Shown here in pieces: positions 63,052 to 64,000 of a stretch of DNA of 64,000 bases; position 1 is the first letter of the stretch; each line of letters opens with the position of its first letter. The DNA is taken from contig CAVZQN010000008.1 of assembly GCA_963777505.1 (NCBI GenBank), positions 480,001 through 544,000 on the forward strand, read 5' to 3'. The notes beneath the pieces were generated by a model. It did no database searches. It saw only the letters and a list, made by a program, of their open reading frames with translations, and was not told the origin of the DNA. This stretch comes from an uncultured bacterium (GTDB lineage: Bacteria > Acidobacteriota > HRBIN11 > JAKEFK01). The position numbers and the translations under genes were made by a program.

Positions 63052-63417
63052 TCAGTGTTCCCGCGAACGCTCGGCTTCCCGCAGCAGGTCCAGCGGCCGC
63101 CAGGGTTTCGGCATGAAGGTCGCGCCGTGCGGCAGGTTCAGCGGACAGGTCGCCTGAGGTGATGACCACGTGGATGCCGGGATAATCTCTGCCGGGCAAG
63201 CCGGGCAAGGTCGATGCCGCTCATGTCGCCCGTGCAGGTGCACGTCGGCATAGATCATTGCGAGATCGCTTGCCGTTCTGTCTGCAGCACCAGCGCCGCG
63301 TCCTCGCCGCTGTCGCATTCGATCACCGTCATCTCGCACTCTTCCAGCAGCAGAGCCACCATCGCGCGCTGAATGTCGTCGTCCTCCACCACCAGCGACT
63401 GTCGGTCTGGCCTTCAT
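63052..63417 (-). CDS. Single-domain response regulator (receiver), frameshifted
   Basis: Reconstructed across frames: LVVEDDDIQRAMVALLLEES, MIYADVHL, MSGIDL, VVITSG, FMPKPWRPLDLL. Confidence 0.82.
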   Translation of the reverse strand: MKARPTVAGGGGRRHSARDGGSAAGRVRDDGDRMRQRRGRGAGAADRTASDLAMIYADVHLHGRHERHRPCPACPAEIIPASTWSSPQATCPLNLPHGATFMPKPWRPLDLLREAERSREH

Positions 63418-63651
63418 CGCGGGTGCCCCTCGGCTGTAGCGCCATGCGAATCAGGCGCGCTGAGACATCGACTTTCTGCTTCGCAAGGGCCTGCGATATC
63501 GGCAACGATACCCTTTTGGACGGATGAAATTGCCCAATCGGCACTTTTTCGGCCGAAAATTGAGCGATTTTTCTGTGAAAACTCACAGAAGGCCTGTTTT
63601 TCCCGGCTTTTTCGGCAATATGGTCGCCGTGCAGAATCACAAGGAGCACCC

Positions 63652-63951
63652 ATGGCTACCCAAATGTCCAAGTCGCAACTGATCGAGACGATTGCGACCA
63701 CCACCGAACTTTCCAAGCGCGACGTCAAGAACGTCATGGAGACGCTGCAGGACGTCGGTCACAAGGAACTGAAGAAGAGCGGCATCTTCCTGCTGCCGGG
63801 CTTCGCGAAGTTCGTTGTCGTCAAGAAGCCCGCGACCAAGGCGCGAAAGGGAACCAACCCGTTCACCGGCGAAGAGATGATGTTCAAGGCGAAGCCCGCC
63901 CGGAAGATCGTCCGCGCGCGTCCGGTCAAGGCCGCCAAGGACGCAGTCTAA
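63652..63951 (+). CDS. HU family DNA-binding protein
   Basis: MSKSQLI, LPGFAKF, ARKGTNPFTGEE, AKPA; RBS AAGGAG. Confidence 0.93.
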   Translation: MATQMSKSQLIETIATTTELSKRDVKNVMETLQDVGHKELKKSGIFLLPGFAKFVVVKKPATKARKGTNPFTGEEMMFKAKPARKIVRARPVKAAKDAV

Positions 63952-63982
63952 GCCGCGACATTCGCAGTCTCGCGATGAAGAG

Positions 63983-64000
63983 GCCCTCCGCTGTGAGGGC
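63983..64000 (+). terminator. Probable rho-independent terminator hairpin after HU (cut by the window edge)
   Basis: GCCCTC-CGCTGT-GAGGGC stem-loop about 30 nt after the stop; any U-tract lies beyond the window. Confidence 0.5.

Overview
The window looks like two unrelated genomes joined at about nt 10180. Nt 1-10180 is AT-rich (roughly 40-45% GC by eye) and almost free of indels. It holds a TPR-like protein (partial), a Pol-PE-Lig NHEJ LigD split by one extra base, an S9 peptidase, an orphan membrane histidine kinase, a GTAG-type REP doublet, small membrane and lipoproteins, and the 5' part of gltX. Nt 10181-64000 is GC-rich (about 65% by eye), Hyphomicrobiales-like (Bradyrhizobium/Xanthobacteraceae type), and full of 1-nt indels typical of an unpolished long-read consensus. 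It carries the glgE-treS-glgB-glgX-treZ-treY-glgP / malQ alpha-glucan-trehalose cluster with EcfG-type stress promoters and two unannotated microproteins, then an arylsulfatase, a D-2-hydroxyacid dehydrogenase and a family-5 ABC binding protein. Next come a LysR-controlled cluster (FAD oxidoreductase, two-subunit aconitase X, Fe3+/polyamine-class ABC transporter, divergent IlvD/Edd dehydratase), a double beta-barrel outer membrane protein, threonine synthase, a GT2/methyltransferase/GT-C trio, a TfoX-N protein, an acyl-CoA ligase, gluconolactonase, epoxide hydrolase, gntK/gnd, a Tat-deaminase/ankyrin/Bug trio, an acyl-CoA dehydrogenase, an MBL hydrolase, a single-domain response regulator and HU. 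The best novelty candidates are (1) a ~290-nt, fully folded, strand-specific non-coding element at 34036-34325 with its own sigma70-like promoter, possibly an orphan IS110-type guide-RNA end or a new large ncRNA, and (2) the AcnX/IlvD-like catabolic cluster of unknown substrate. All calls are from motif recognition by eye; no searches were run.
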